Shown piece by piece: positions 27,585 to 37,122 of a DNA stretch of 64,000 nucleotides. This DNA is from a virus (Duplodnaviria > Caudoviricetes), in IMG/VR virus record IMGVR_UViG_3300022752_000016; one strand, 5' to 3'. The notes beneath the pieces were generated by a model, which saw only the letters and a program-made list of their open reading frames with translations, made no database searches and was not told the DNA's origin. How positions within the stretch are numbered: position 1 is the stretch's first letter; every line of letters starts with the position of its first letter. Position numbers and translations under genes: made by a program.

Positions 27585-29681
27585 ATGGACATTAAAGAAC
27601 TACACTCATTTAGATTAAGTGACGCAGTAAAATTTCAGGATAAACTTAACCCAAAATTATTCTTGGGAAACCGTTTAGATCCTGCTGTAAAAAATCAATT
27701 AATTACAATTGCTAAAGATTTTCTTACAGAATTAGGGATAGGTGATGTAAAAGTTAAAGATATAACAATATCAGGTAGCAATGCAGCATTTACTTATACA
27801 CCACATAGCGATTTAGACTTACACATAGTTGTTGATTATAATCAATTTTCCAATGATAGCGTTTACAAAGAATTGTTTAACGCTAAGAAAAATTTATACA
27901 ACGATAGTCATAACATTACAATACGTGGTATTCCAGTAGAAGTATATATGGAAGATAGCAATGAACCAGTCATTAGTGTTGGTGAATACAGTATACTAAA
28001 GGATAAATGGAATCAAATTCCAACTAAACGTAGAGCAAACTTTGATCAAACTGCCACTAAGGCGAAGTATGGTAAACTAAATGATTTTATACTAAGAGCA
28101 TTAAAAGAAAAAAGTAGCAAAAAGATAGCCAAAGCATTAAAAATAATTAAGCGTTACAGACAAGCAGGGTTAGATAAAGGTGGTGAGTTTAGTCCTGAAA
28201 ATTTAGCATACAAAGCTTTACGTAGTCAAAAAGCAATTGAAAAACTATATAAGTTGCGTGATGAATTACATAGTAAAGAATTAAGTATTGAAAACATGTA
28301 TCAGGAACAAAAGCTAAATCGATTCGATGAAGACATTCCAGTTCAAAAAGGACCAGCGCGGTTAAAAAGACAAAGTGAATTAGAAAAGACACAAGACGAA
28401 TTAGGATCAGGTTTTTTTGGTACAGTTTATGATGAACCAAAAAGTAAAACTGGTGTAGGCACTGCTAGAAAAGTTTCTACATTTGATAGAGATGAGATGA
28501 CTGCTGACGGGTATTATGCTTATATCAATAAGATTATTGATCTTAAAAATGAAACTAATAATCCATACTTACCACAAGTATATGATGCTAAAGTTGTAAA
28601 ACCAAAGTCAGTAGGAAGTGAGCCATACTTTGAATTAGAACTTGAAAAATTAAGTAAATGGGAAGATTTAAGTGGTAATCAATTACGAGCAATACTAGAA
28701 AAAATGCTTGATGAAAGTTTTGAAAATGAAAAGAAACTACAAGATGTTTTGAAATTTTTAGGGCATTCAGGTGCGTCAGATACGAGTGACGAATGGTTAA
28801 TGTATGTAATTTTATATTTTATTAGGCTTACAATTAAAAATCCAAACTTTAGTTTAATGGGTATGAAAATTCGTGACCCACAACTTCTTGAAGTCACTGA
28901 TATGTTAAGATATCTGTCTAAGTCAGGGTATGGTATGGACTTACATGATCAAAATATCATGGTAAGAAATAGTAAATATGGCCCACAATTAGTTATTACA
29001 GATCCTTTAAGCTTTGGTGAAACTAGTCAGATACGAAAATTTAAACAAGGCAATATGAAAATGGATGTAAGGGGTGTAACTATACCACCTAATTACATAA
29101 TTTATGACATACATGATAAAGATAGACCAGTATTGCGTGGCTATGGCAGTTACGAAGAAATCTACCAACAATTCATAGAATTAAAGAATAAAAAACCATA
29201 TAATGATTATGAAATAGCTCCAATGAATCAAAAAGCTTCGGATGAAATGGATGCGAAGCAAGCAAGTGTAAAAGCAAAGTATAAAGAAAAACCACCTGCA
29301 AATCCTAAATATCAGCTTAAACCAAAATATACTTATGCTGTTTATGATAAAGATAAAACAAGCAATATGCTAATTGGTTATGTTAATGCTAACCATGATT
29401 CTGAAGCATTGGGATTGGCAAGAAAAAAATTCCCCGATGTAAAAAATATTAATGTGTTGCCTGATTTACTTGGTGATCCAAATGATAAATTTGCTGGTAT
29501 GTTAGAAGAAGCATTGGGTGAAAGTGCCTCGGGATATATCCCAAGCAAAAAACAAGCTAATGACCCAAGATTTAAGACTGCCTTGACAGTAGACATAAAA
29601 CCCGATAGCATCCAAAAGAATGCCAAAGCTTTTGGGTTTAAAGTAAAAAGGTCTGGAATCCCACCCCTGCTAAGACCCTAA
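27585..29681 (+). CDS. Pol-beta-family nucleotidyltransferase fused to a protein-kinase-like domain
   Basis: ISGSNAAFTYTPHSDLDLH (GS..DxD); LGSGFFGTVY, RKV, DLHDQNIMV, VITDP kinase motifs. Confidence 0.75.
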   Translation: MDIKELHSFRLSDAVKFQDKLNPKLFLGNRLDPAVKNQLITIAKDFLTELGIGDVKVKDITISGSNAAFTYTPHSDLDLHIVVDYNQFSNDSVYKELFNAKKNLYNDSHNITIRGIPVEVYMEDSNEPVISVGEYSILKDKWNQIPTKRRANFDQTATKAKYGKLNDFILRALKEKSSKKIAKALKIIKRYRQAGLDKGGEFSPENLAYKALRSQKAIEKLYKLRDELHSKELSIENMYQEQKLNRFDEDIPVQKGPARLKRQSELEKTQDELGSGFFGTVYDEPKSKTGVGTARKVSTFDRDEMTADGYYAYINKIIDLKNETNNPYLPQVYDAKVVKPKSVGSEPYFELELEKLSKWEDLSGNQLRAILEKMLDESFENEKKLQDVLKFLGHSGASDTSDEWLMYVILYFIRLTIKNPNFSLMGMKIRDPQLLEVTDMLRYLSKSGYGMDLHDQNIMVRNSKYGPQLVITDPLSFGETSQIRKFKQGNMKMDVRGVTIPPNYIIYDIHDKDRPVLRGYGSYEEIYQQFIELKNKKPYNDYEIAPMNQKASDEMDAKQASVKAKYKEKPPANPKYQLKPKYTYAVYDKDKTSNMLIGYVNANHDSEALGLARKKFPDVKNINVLPDLLGDPNDKFAGMLEEALGESASGYIPSKKQANDPRFKTALTVDIKPDSIQKNAKAFGFKVKRSGIPPLLRP

Positions 29682-29689
29682 CCCAAAAC

Positions 29690-29718
29690 TTGACAATAAT
29701 TACCCGAAATGCTATACT
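29690..29718 (+). promoter_or_regulatory. Sigma70-type early promoter
   Basis: TTGACA-17-TATACT. Confidence 0.8.
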
Positions 29719-29746
29719 ATGGGTATAGTAAATCAACGGGGTAAGT

Positions 29747-29830
29747 ATGCAAGATTTGAAAGACTTATTGTTAGGGATCGCAAGTTCTACTACTTTAGTA
29801 CTATTGGTAAGTGCTTTGAAAGCATTGTGA
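29747..29830 (+). CDS. 27-aa hydrophobic peptide (MQDLKDLLLGIASSTTLVLLVSALKAL)
   Basis: First ATG after promoter, GGGG SD-like; stop directly before next promoter. Confidence 0.45.
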   Translation: MQDLKDLLLGIASSTTLVLLVSALKAL

Positions 29831-29833
29831 GAC

Positions 29834-29862
29834 TTGACAATAAATCAAATCGGCTTTATAAT
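29834..29862 (+). promoter_or_regulatory. Sigma70-type early promoter
   Basis: TTGACA-17-TATAAT (perfect consensus). Confidence 0.85.
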
Positions 29863-29893
29863 ACTCACATACACTCAAAAAACAGGAGTTTTT

Positions 29894-30148
29894 ATGCGTA
29901 GGTCTCAAGTCATCAAGGGTCTTAATAATAGTCAAAAAGTACGTGTTATTGTCAATGGTGTAGGTTTCTATACTACGGTGCAGAGTGCGTTAGATATGTG
30001 TTTCACCCGACAGCGTAGTGCCGTAGAAATGGCTTTGACTACGATTGGTCTTAGTAAGATTGCAAAAAAGCCAATTACAGGCTTTGCAAGCAACTATGAC
30101 TTTGCAGGTACCTCACAACCTGTTGAAGTTCAAGTTGACCTAATCTAA
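29894..30148 (+). CDS. Early hypothetical protein
   Basis: SD AGGAG then ATG 29894 (track start lies in the promoter). Confidence 0.7.
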   Translation: MRRSQVIKGLNNSQKVRVIVNGVGFYTTVQSALDMCFTRQRSAVEMALTTIGLSKIAKKPITGFASNYDFAGTSQPVEVQVDLI

Positions 30149-30158
30149 GGAGTTGTAT

Positions 30159-30377
30159 ATGGGATATAAGGTACTTGCCGATAAGTCTCAAATGGATGAA
30201 ATGCGACAAAAGTATGGACCACGCAAAGGTTTAGAAGGTCCATTTAACTTTTCGGGTAGAGTGTTGTATTATGACAACAAAGAAGGGTTGTACTACGATC
30301 CTAAAACGGACTTTTATGTTGAGCAATCAGAAATGGATCTAATCCATAATGGTTTAGTCCAAAAACTAATCAAATAA
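30159..30377 (+). CDS. Early hypothetical protein (YYDNKEGLYYDPKTDFY motif)
   Basis: SD AGGAG; internal YYD repeat. Confidence 0.7.
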   Translation: MGYKVLADKSQMDEMRQKYGPRKGLEGPFNFSGRVLYYDNKEGLYYDPKTDFYVEQSEMDLIHNGLVQKLIK

Positions 30378-30385
30378 GGAAACTT

Positions 30386-30655
30386 ATGGCATTTATTGTA
30401 CGTGACAATGAAATAGTCCCAATCGCTATTCCCTTGGGAAAACGTATAAAGATTGGGTCCAATTACACTGCGCCTTATGAAAATTATGTAGCCAATGACC
30501 AACTTTGGATACAGGACGTATTTACATTTAAGAATATTCCATGGTATGCCATACGTAATCGCTTTGAAAAATATTTGGTTGTTGGGGTTATCTATTGTGC
30601 AATCGTATTGATCCTATCAATGATAGGACGGTATTATTTGGGTGCTCCAAGTTGA
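30386..30655 (+). CDS. Early hypothetical membrane protein
   Basis: SD AAGGA; C-terminal TM helix. Confidence 0.65.
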   Translation: MAFIVRDNEIVPIAIPLGKRIKIGSNYTAPYENYVANDQLWIQDVFTFKNIPWYAIRNRFEKYLVVGVIYCAIVLILSMIGRYYLGAPS

Positions 30656-30680
30656 CAATAAATGGACTTGGTAGTATACT
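30652..30680 (+). promoter_or_regulatory. Sigma70-type early promoter
   Basis: TTGACA-17-TATACT. Confidence 0.8.
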
Positions 30681-30710
30681 ATATGTATGTTGAATAACAA
30701 GGAGTTGCAA

Positions 30711-30971
30711 ATGGAATACGTAGTTTATCACAAAGCAAGTACAAAGATTCTTAAAGTGTTCAATGCAAAGGCTTCAGCCAAGCGTAGTGCTACTTGTATG
30801 AATCGTAAAGCAGGTGATGTATACTACACTTTTGCTGATCGTGAAACCTACGAACGCCGTGTTGTAACCCGTAAAACTGTAAAAAATTTGTTGACTGGGC
30901 AGGATGTTGAAATTGATAGTAACACTCCACATTGTTGTGATCCTTCCAGCGAAACCTATTGGTCAATGTAG
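30711..30971 (+). CDS. Early hypothetical protein (C-terminal TPHCCDPSSETYWSM)
   Basis: SD AAGGAG then ATG 30711. Confidence 0.7.
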   Translation: MEYVVYHKASTKILKVFNAKASAKRSATCMNRKAGDVYYTFADRETYERRVVTRKTVKNLLTGQDVEIDSNTPHCCDPSSETYWSM

Positions 30972-30974
30972 TGT

Positions 30975-31003
30975 TTGACAATAAATCACATATTTTGTAC
31001 AAT
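30975..31003 (+). promoter_or_regulatory. Sigma70-type early promoter
   Basis: TTGACA-17-TACAAT. Confidence 0.8.
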
Positions 31004-31035
31004 AGAATTTCTTAAATAATTCGATAGGAGTTTAT

Positions 31036-32133
31036 ATGACTAAAGTTTCTGATAACCACACTGTAACTAGTGTTCAAGCACGTAAGGCTTTGCTTAAGGC
31101 TTTTGATGCTAAACGCCCCATTTTCTTGTGGGGTCCTCCCGGTATCGGTAAATCTGAGGTAGTTGCAGAGGTTACTGAGGAACTTGGCGGTTTTATGATT
31201 GATTTGCGTATGGCGCAAATGGAGCCTACTGACATTCGAGGCATTCCGTTCTTCAATCGTGACCTTAACAAAATGGATTGGGCTCCACCGATTGATCTTC
31301 CCGATGAGGAGCTTGCAAGTCAATATCCACTGATTGTGTTGTTCCTTGATGAAATGAACAGTGCACCGCCCGCAGTACAGGCTGCAGGTTATCAACTTGT
31401 TTTAAATCGCCGTGTGGGCAAGTATGTGTTACCTGACAATGTTGTGATTGTTGCGGCAGGTAATCGTGATAGCGACAAGGGTGTTACTTATCGTATGCCA
31501 ATGCCCCTTGCTAATCGTTTCATTCACCTTGAAATGCGAGCCGACTTTGCAAGTTGGCAGAACTGGGCAGTAAACAAAGGCATTCATAAAGATGTGGTTG
31601 GTTACTTGTCATTCAGTAAACAGGACTTGTACGAGTTTGATAACAAAAGTTCTAGCCGTGCATTTGCTACTCCGCGTAGTTGGGTCTTTGTTTCAGATTT
31701 ACTCAATGATGAGGAAAGCGATTACGATACCCTGTACAACTTGGTAGCAGGTAGTGTCGGTGACGGATTGGCTGTAAAGTTTATGGCACACCGTAAGGTT
31801 GCAGGTAGCATGCCTGAACCAAGTGACATTCTTAGCGGTAAAGTTAAGGATCTCAAAGTTAAAGAAATTAGTGCTATGTATTCGCTAACCATCTCAATGT
31901 GTTACGAATTGCGTGATGCATTGGATAACAAGAAAGTGGATAACAAGAAATTCCACGATATGGCAAACAATTTCTTTACTTACATTATGGCTAACTTTGA
32001 GACTGAGTTGGTTGTAATGGGTGCAAAGATTGCTTTAAAAACTTACAAGCTTCCAATTGAACCCAGTCAATTGAAGAACTTTGATGAGTTTCACAAGCGT
32101 TATGGTAAATACATTGTAGAGGCAGGTAACTAA
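31036..32133 (+). CDS. MoxR-like AAA+ ATPase
   Basis: GPPGIGKS Walker A, LFLDEMN Walker B, AAGNR, LANRF. Confidence 0.88.
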   Translation: MTKVSDNHTVTSVQARKALLKAFDAKRPIFLWGPPGIGKSEVVAEVTEELGGFMIDLRMAQMEPTDIRGIPFFNRDLNKMDWAPPIDLPDEELASQYPLIVLFLDEMNSAPPAVQAAGYQLVLNRRVGKYVLPDNVVIVAAGNRDSDKGVTYRMPMPLANRFIHLEMRADFASWQNWAVNKGIHKDVVGYLSFSKQDLYEFDNKSSSRAFATPRSWVFVSDLLNDEESDYDTLYNLVAGSVGDGLAVKFMAHRKVAGSMPEPSDILSGKVKDLKVKEISAMYSLTISMCYELRDALDNKKVDNKKFHDMANNFFTYIMANFETELVVMGAKIALKTYKLPIEPSQLKNFDEFHKRYGKYIVEAGN

Positions 32134-32134
32134 A

Positions 32135-32302
32135 ATGAAGAAACAACTAGGGGGTAAAAAGTATTTTTATGCCCTTGGTCAGTGGGCCCGTAGTAAAGGG
32201 CTCACCAAGGATCAAGGTATGAGTGTTTTAGGTCTTAAAGAAGGGACCTATGCTAGTATTGCGTATGACAAAGGTTATCGTGGACTATCAACTAAAGGTT
32301 GA
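32135..32302 (+). CDS. 55-aa basic hypothetical protein (MKKQLGGKKYFYALGQW...), not in ORF track
   Basis: ATG 1 nt after the MoxR stop; fills the gap up to the next promoter. Confidence 0.55.
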   Translation: MKKQLGGKKYFYALGQWARSKGLTKDQGMSVLGLKEGTYASIAYDKGYRGLSTKG

Positions 32303-32327
32303 CAGTAATTCTTTGTATTGCTATACT
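32299..32327 (+). promoter_or_regulatory. Sigma70-type early promoter
   Basis: TTGACA-17-TATACT. Confidence 0.8.
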
Positions 32328-32348
32328 AGTAAAAATTAAGGAGCTTAT

Positions 32349-33614
32349 ATGTCTGATGTAATTGGTCGCAAGAGTAAAAAACGTAGTAGCAAGTTTGATA
32401 ACTTGATTGGTGTCACTGATCCTAAAATTGATAATTTGGCACGTGAGAAGTTAGTAACTGCTAGAATTGGTTTGTTACTGCGCCATAGTTTTTTCGGTAA
32501 TCTTGCTACCCGTCTCAGACTAATTAACGCGGATGAGTGGTGTAGCACTGCGGCCACTGACGGATTAAAATTCTATTACAATTCACGTTTCATTAATATG
32601 CTCAAGCCTAAGGAAGTAGAATTCCTAGTAGGGCATGAAGTGTTACACGTGGTCTATGATCACATGGGCCGTCGCAATAATCGTGATCCGCAGATTTGGA
32701 ACATTGCTGATGACTATGCAGTTAACGCAGACCTAAAACGTCATCGTGTTGGCGAGTTTATCAAAACTGTTCCGTGCTTATACGAGGCAAAATATGACGG
32801 CAAGGCAGCTGAGGAAATCTATGATGACCTGATGAAAAATGTTCAAAAGATTAATATTGAGGACCTCATCGACCAAATGATTGATGATCATATGGACGGA
32901 GAAGGTGATGGAGAAAGTGACGGAGAAGGTAATAGTAATCGTCCTAAGATGAGTGCCGAGGAGCGTGAACGTGTCCGTCAAGAAGTAAGGCAAGCAATTC
33001 TTAATGCCGCACAGGGTGCTGAAGCAGGAACTATTCCCAAAGGTGTTGAACGTCTTATTAAACAGCATACGAATCCAGTTATGCCGTGGCGTGAGTTAAT
33101 TCAAACTAACCTGACTAGTGCTATTCGCACTGATTTTAGTTGGATACGTCCTAGTCGGCGTGGTTGGCATAGTGACGCAATCATGCCTGGTATGACCCCA
33201 GGTGAAGAAATTGATGTAACTGTTGCTATTGACATGAGTGGATCAATCAGTGACAAACAGGCTCAAGCATTTTTGGGTGAAATTGCAGGCATGATGGCAA
33301 GTTTTGATGGGTACAAAGTACATGTATTTTGCTTTGATACTGATGTATACAATCCTGCTGATTTTAATTCAGAGAATATGGATACGATTGAATCGTATGA
33401 GCCAGCAGGTGGAGGTGGTACTGACTTTGATGTAATCTTTAGCTATCTTAAGGAACATGCAATTGATCCCAAACGATTGATTGTTTTTACTGATGGATAT
33501 CCCTGTGGTAGTTGGGGTGATCCTGATTATTGCGATACTACTTGGATCATTCACGGTGACAAGGATCCGAATCCTCCTTTCGGTACTTTCGCACTCTATG
33601 ATGAAAAGTCATAA
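32349..33614 (+). CDS. Metallopeptidase-like/VWA domain protein (MoxR partner)
   Basis: HEVLH (HExxH), DMSGS MIDAS motif, GGGGTDF, VFTDGY. Confidence 0.85.
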   Translation: MSDVIGRKSKKRSSKFDNLIGVTDPKIDNLAREKLVTARIGLLLRHSFFGNLATRLRLINADEWCSTAATDGLKFYYNSRFINMLKPKEVEFLVGHEVLHVVYDHMGRRNNRDPQIWNIADDYAVNADLKRHRVGEFIKTVPCLYEAKYDGKAAEEIYDDLMKNVQKINIEDLIDQMIDDHMDGEGDGESDGEGNSNRPKMSAEERERVRQEVRQAILNAAQGAEAGTIPKGVERLIKQHTNPVMPWRELIQTNLTSAIRTDFSWIRPSRRGWHSDAIMPGMTPGEEIDVTVAIDMSGSISDKQAQAFLGEIAGMMASFDGYKVHVFCFDTDVYNPADFNSENMDTIESYEPAGGGGTDFDVIFSYLKEHAIDPKRLIVFTDGYPCGSWGDPDYCDTTWIIHGDKDPNPPFGTFALYDEKS

Positions 33615-33852
33615 TAATGATGTAGTTTACGAAAGTCCAGATGGAGGTAAGACGGTGTACGCACGTAAGATTGGCGACACCGTCCGTACTTTACATCAAG
33701 TTGATCCAAATTGGTTTAAAGAAACACAAATTTATGAACGTTGGGAAAGACTAAAACCAGCAGTCTATATGGCTGAGAACGATAAAAGTTTAGATGATGC
33801 CATTAAAACAGTAGAGATTTTATATGCCCTCAAGAAAAAAGAAAACACATAA
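33598..33852 (+). CDS. Hypothetical protein (VYESPDGGKTVYAR)
   Basis: Coupled ATG near end of VWA gene. Confidence 0.6.
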   Translation: MMKSHNNDVVYESPDGGKTVYARKIGDTVRTLHQVDPNWFKETQIYERWERLKPAVYMAENDKSLDDAIKTVEILYALKKKENT

Positions 33853-34195
33853 TTTTTTAGTTGTTTGGGATGTACTTGGTTTAGAAAGTATATTTGATGT
33901 TGATGATGCCATGTGTATCATTGAGGATTATGAAAAAGAAAAAACATGGAAGTTACTAAAAGGGGAACCAGTATCCAAACGACCAAATCCTATACCATTA
34001 CAAACGATATTGATGAGGGCTAGAGTAAACACACAACGTAGTTATGAAATATTTACGTTTAATAGTGAATTTACAATGAACGAGGTCAGAAAATTATTTG
34101 CTGATGATCCACAACCGATTGTGGATTGGATCCGTGAAAACGGTAATAAAATATACAGCGATTATTCTAAGACTAAAAAGAATTTGATTACATGA
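33824..34195 (+). CDS. Hypothetical protein
   Basis: 123-aa ORF in operon. Confidence 0.6.
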   Translation: MPSRKKKTHNFLVVWDVLGLESIFDVDDAMCIIEDYEKEKTWKLLKGEPVSKRPNPIPLQTILMRARVNTQRSYEIFTFNSEFTMNEVRKLFADDPQPIVDWIRENGNKIYSDYSKTKKNLIT

Positions 34196-34286
34196 TGTAT
34201 ATATCAACAAAGTGTCCGAGGTGAAGCTATTATAATTATTACCTGAACAGCATGAGATAAGTACAAAGTATTAATAATATTAATTC

Positions 34287-34535
34287 ATGAATGAAATTAA
34301 CCTACATACTTGGTATCAACAAAGAGAGGTACCATATTGCCCACAACATTTTGTAAAAACACGCACTGTTATTAGTAAAGAATCTTTACAATGGATTAAA
34401 CAAAAGTTAGTTGGTCGCTATGCTTTTGTACCTGCAATAGACGGAGAATATGCTTCAGTGCATGGTCAACTGGATAACGCACCTGCCTTTGAGGATCCTA
34501 CAGAAGCAATTTTATACGAATTAAAATGGTCGTAG
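34287..34535 (+). CDS. Hypothetical protein (FEDPTEAILYELKWS)
   Basis: 82-aa ORF. Confidence 0.6.
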   Translation: MNEINLHTWYQQREVPYCPQHFVKTRTVISKESLQWIKQKLVGRYAFVPAIDGEYASVHGQLDNAPAFEDPTEAILYELKWS

Positions 34536-34592
34536 TAAAAATTAAATTCATACAATTTACACATTAAATAGACAATAGACAGGAGAAAATAA

Positions 34593-35264
34593 ATGGCTTT
34601 TTTAAGACATGTTGGAAAGCATGGTGACAGGAAAGTTGCTGTAGTTTTTAGAGAAATTCCAGGTGAAGAACATATGTGTTTAGTCACTTATACTGAATTG
34701 TTAAATCAAAACATTCATGATCCAATGATTAAATGTATTGAAAGTGATATTGGACAACATAGTGAAAACTTAGCGGATGCACTTAATCGTACACATACAA
34801 AAGATGGAAGAATTATCCTACAAGTATTGCATGGAGAAGCACAATTAAAGAAAGTTAATACAGAACAAGTTGTAATGACTCCTCAACCTAATGTTAAAAT
34901 TAAATTAAGTGAACTAAACAAAATTTTAGATGAAATGAAACAAGGTGAGGCTGCTGTTAAGAAGTTAGCAGAGATGGATGCAAGTATGGGTATGCAAAAT
35001 CCTGTTGATGTTGCTAAACGTTTACGTGGAAATCAAAATCAACCAGTTGTATCTAGTGGTGACACATTGAGTGATGGGCATTTAGCAAATCAATTACGTG
35101 ACCAAGCTAATCGTATGAGCATGGAAGCAAAAGGATTAATGGCAGAAGCAGAACGGTTATTAAAAGAAGCCTCAAACTTAGACCCAATTGCTAAAGAATT
35201 AGTAACAGAGGGTATACCTGCAACAGTTAGTAAACGAGGTAGAAAGCCAAAAATTAAAGTGTAA
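34593..35264 (+). CDS. Hypothetical protein with C-terminal AT-hook-like KRGRKPK
   Basis: Late box TTAAATA and SD AGGAG upstream. Confidence 0.7.
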   Translation: MAFLRHVGKHGDRKVAVVFREIPGEEHMCLVTYTELLNQNIHDPMIKCIESDIGQHSENLADALNRTHTKDGRIILQVLHGEAQLKKVNTEQVVMTPQPNVKIKLSELNKILDEMKQGEAAVKKLAEMDASMGMQNPVDVAKRLRGNQNQPVVSSGDTLSDGHLANQLRDQANRMSMEAKGLMAEAERLLKEASNLDPIAKELVTEGIPATVSKRGRKPKIKV

Positions 35265-35268
35265 AACT

Positions 35269-35565
35269 ATGTCACCTGATTTCATTAAAAAATGGGAACA
35301 CATTCTCGAGGATGTGGAAAAACAAAAGATTCCAATTCAATTCATTAAAAAATTGGTAATTAAATTGGATAGTAAACGTCAACAAACAATTAATATACAA
35401 CGGTTACTTAATCAAGGATTAGATCCTGAACAAGTTGAGGTGGCAGTAAGTAAAAAATTGCATGAATTGGATGATGAAATAGCAAGTGTAGAATTTATAT
35501 TAAATGTAGAAGGAATAGCACAAATTGTTCAGCCTGAAACTGACAAATTACTTAATAAGTTATGA
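35269..35565 (+). CDS. Hypothetical protein
   Basis: 98-aa ORF in operon. Confidence 0.6.
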   Translation: MSPDFIKKWEHILEDVEKQKIPIQFIKKLVIKLDSKRQQTINIQRLLNQGLDPEQVEVAVSKKLHELDDEIASVEFILNVEGIAQIVQPETDKLLNKL

Positions 35566-36029
35566 AGTTAATTGTTGCTTGTGATGTAAATGGCGGTATA
35601 GGATATAAAAATAGTTTACCATGGAATAAAATAAAAGATGATTTGCCTAGATTTAGAAATTTGACAGAAGGAGGAGTGGTTATAATGGGACGTAATACTT
35701 GGGAAAGTCTTCCTATAAAACCTCTCCCAAATCGTATCAATTTTATAGTCACAAGCAAAACTGGTTTTTTTCCTAGAAGTTGTTTTACTATCCCAAATTT
35801 AAATTACCTAAGTAATTTTAAAAATGGTTGGATAATAGGCGGAGCTAAACTAATTAATACAAGTTGGGATTTAATTGATGAAGTGCACCTTACCAAAACA
35901 ATAATTAACTATGATTGTGATTCTTATATCAACTTATTCCAGTTAAAACAAAATTACAAGATTAAAACTATACAAAATAATGAAGATCATACCTATGAGG
36001 TTTATGTAAAAAATGCAACAATATCATGA
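35562..36029 (+). CDS. folA: Dihydrofolate reductase
   Basis: IVACD.NGGIG..LPW, VIMGRNTWESL, LPNR, IIGGA. Confidence 0.92.
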   Translation: MKLIVACDVNGGIGYKNSLPWNKIKDDLPRFRNLTEGGVVIMGRNTWESLPIKPLPNRINFIVTSKTGFFPRSCFTIPNLNYLSNFKNGWIIGGAKLINTSWDLIDEVHLTKTIINYDCDSYINLFQLKQNYKIKTIQNNEDHTYEVYVKNATIS

Positions 36030-36861
36030 TTTATTAAAAGACATTTTAGAAAACGGAGAAGATAAAGATGATAGAACTGGTGTGGGTACCATTAGTGTTT
36101 TTGGTCGTAATCTTCGCTTTGATTTGCGTAGAGGATTCCCTGCCATTACCACTAAGAAACTTGCTTGGAAAGCTATCGTTGGCGAGTTACTTTGGTTTAT
36201 TGAAGGTTCAAAAGATGAAAGACGATTGGCAGAAATAATCTATGGAACCAGAGAAGGAGTAGTTACTATTTGGACTCCTAATTCTTTAGCAGGGTATTGG
36301 AAAAATAAAGCTAAATTTGATGGTGATGTTGGACGTATTTACGGCGTACAGTGGCGACGTTGGCGTAAACCCTTTAATGAAGGATATGTAGACCAATTAC
36401 AAAATTTAATTGATGGATTAATACAAGATCCTAATGGGCGTAGACATATTATATCTGCTTGGAACCCAGGTGAATTACATGAAATGGTATTACCACCCTG
36501 TCATATATTGGCACAATTTTATGTTAATAAAAATAAAGAATTAAGTTGTCAAATGTATCAACGTAGTGTGGATGTTTTTCTTGGATTGCCATTTAATATT
36601 GCAAGTTATGCATTATTTACACATATGATTGCACAAGTTACAGATTTAAAAGTAGGTGAATTAATTATTAATATGGGTGACACCCATATATACAAAACTC
36701 ATATTGAACAAACTAAGCAACAACTTACAAGAGATGTATTATCAAGTCCTTTACTAGTTTTAAATCCTGAAATAAAGGATATAACAAAATTTACATTCAA
36801 AGATATTAGTTTATTAAATTATACACATCATGGCATAATAAAAGCTGAAATGGCAGTATGA
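36013..36861 (+). CDS. thyA: Thymidylate synthase (canonical, dUMP-specific)
   Basis: DRTGVGT, LPPCH, YQRSVDVFLGLPFNIASY, GDTHIY. Confidence 0.96.
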   Translation: MQQYHDLLKDILENGEDKDDRTGVGTISVFGRNLRFDLRRGFPAITTKKLAWKAIVGELLWFIEGSKDERRLAEIIYGTREGVVTIWTPNSLAGYWKNKAKFDGDVGRIYGVQWRRWRKPFNEGYVDQLQNLIDGLIQDPNGRRHIISAWNPGELHEMVLPPCHILAQFYVNKNKELSCQMYQRSVDVFLGLPFNIASYALFTHMIAQVTDLKVGELIINMGDTHIYKTHIEQTKQQLTRDVLSSPLLVLNPEIKDITKFTFKDISLLNYTHHGIIKAEMAV

Positions 36862-37103
36862 ATACATTTAATACAGTTGTTTTTAAATTCAGCATGGGTG
36901 ACGTTGATGATCCTGATATATATGCAGCTCAATCTATAATGCAATGGCAAAGTACTGAAAGTGGTAAATGGATAATGGACCATGCTCTTTACTTACCAAA
37001 GTGGGAACGTTACGCAGATCCTTACCAACATGGTTGGACTTTCACAGTAAGAGCAACTCTAAGTCCTGAAAATTACACATTTTGGAAATTGAAGTATGCA
37101 TGA
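36858..37103 (+). CDS. Hypothetical protein (GDVDDPDIYAA)
   Basis: 81-aa ORF coupled to thyA. Confidence 0.6.
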   Translation: MNTFNTVVFKFSMGDVDDPDIYAAQSIMQWQSTESGKWIMDHALYLPKWERYADPYQHGWTFTVRATLSPENYTFWKLKYA

Positions 37104-37122
37104 TAAATATGATAAATAAGCG

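Noticed and set aside
29719-29901. 61-aa ORF from the track
   Set aside because: Starts at the promoter -10/+1 without SD and runs across the next promoter; the 29747 and 29894 ORFs fit better
36013-36861. dCMP hydroxymethylase feeding the carbamoyltransferase for DNA hypermodification
   Set aside because: Retains the dUMP-specifying Asn (GLPFNIASY) and is paired with DHFR, so it is canonical ThyA; a modifier elsewhere in the genome cannot be excluded
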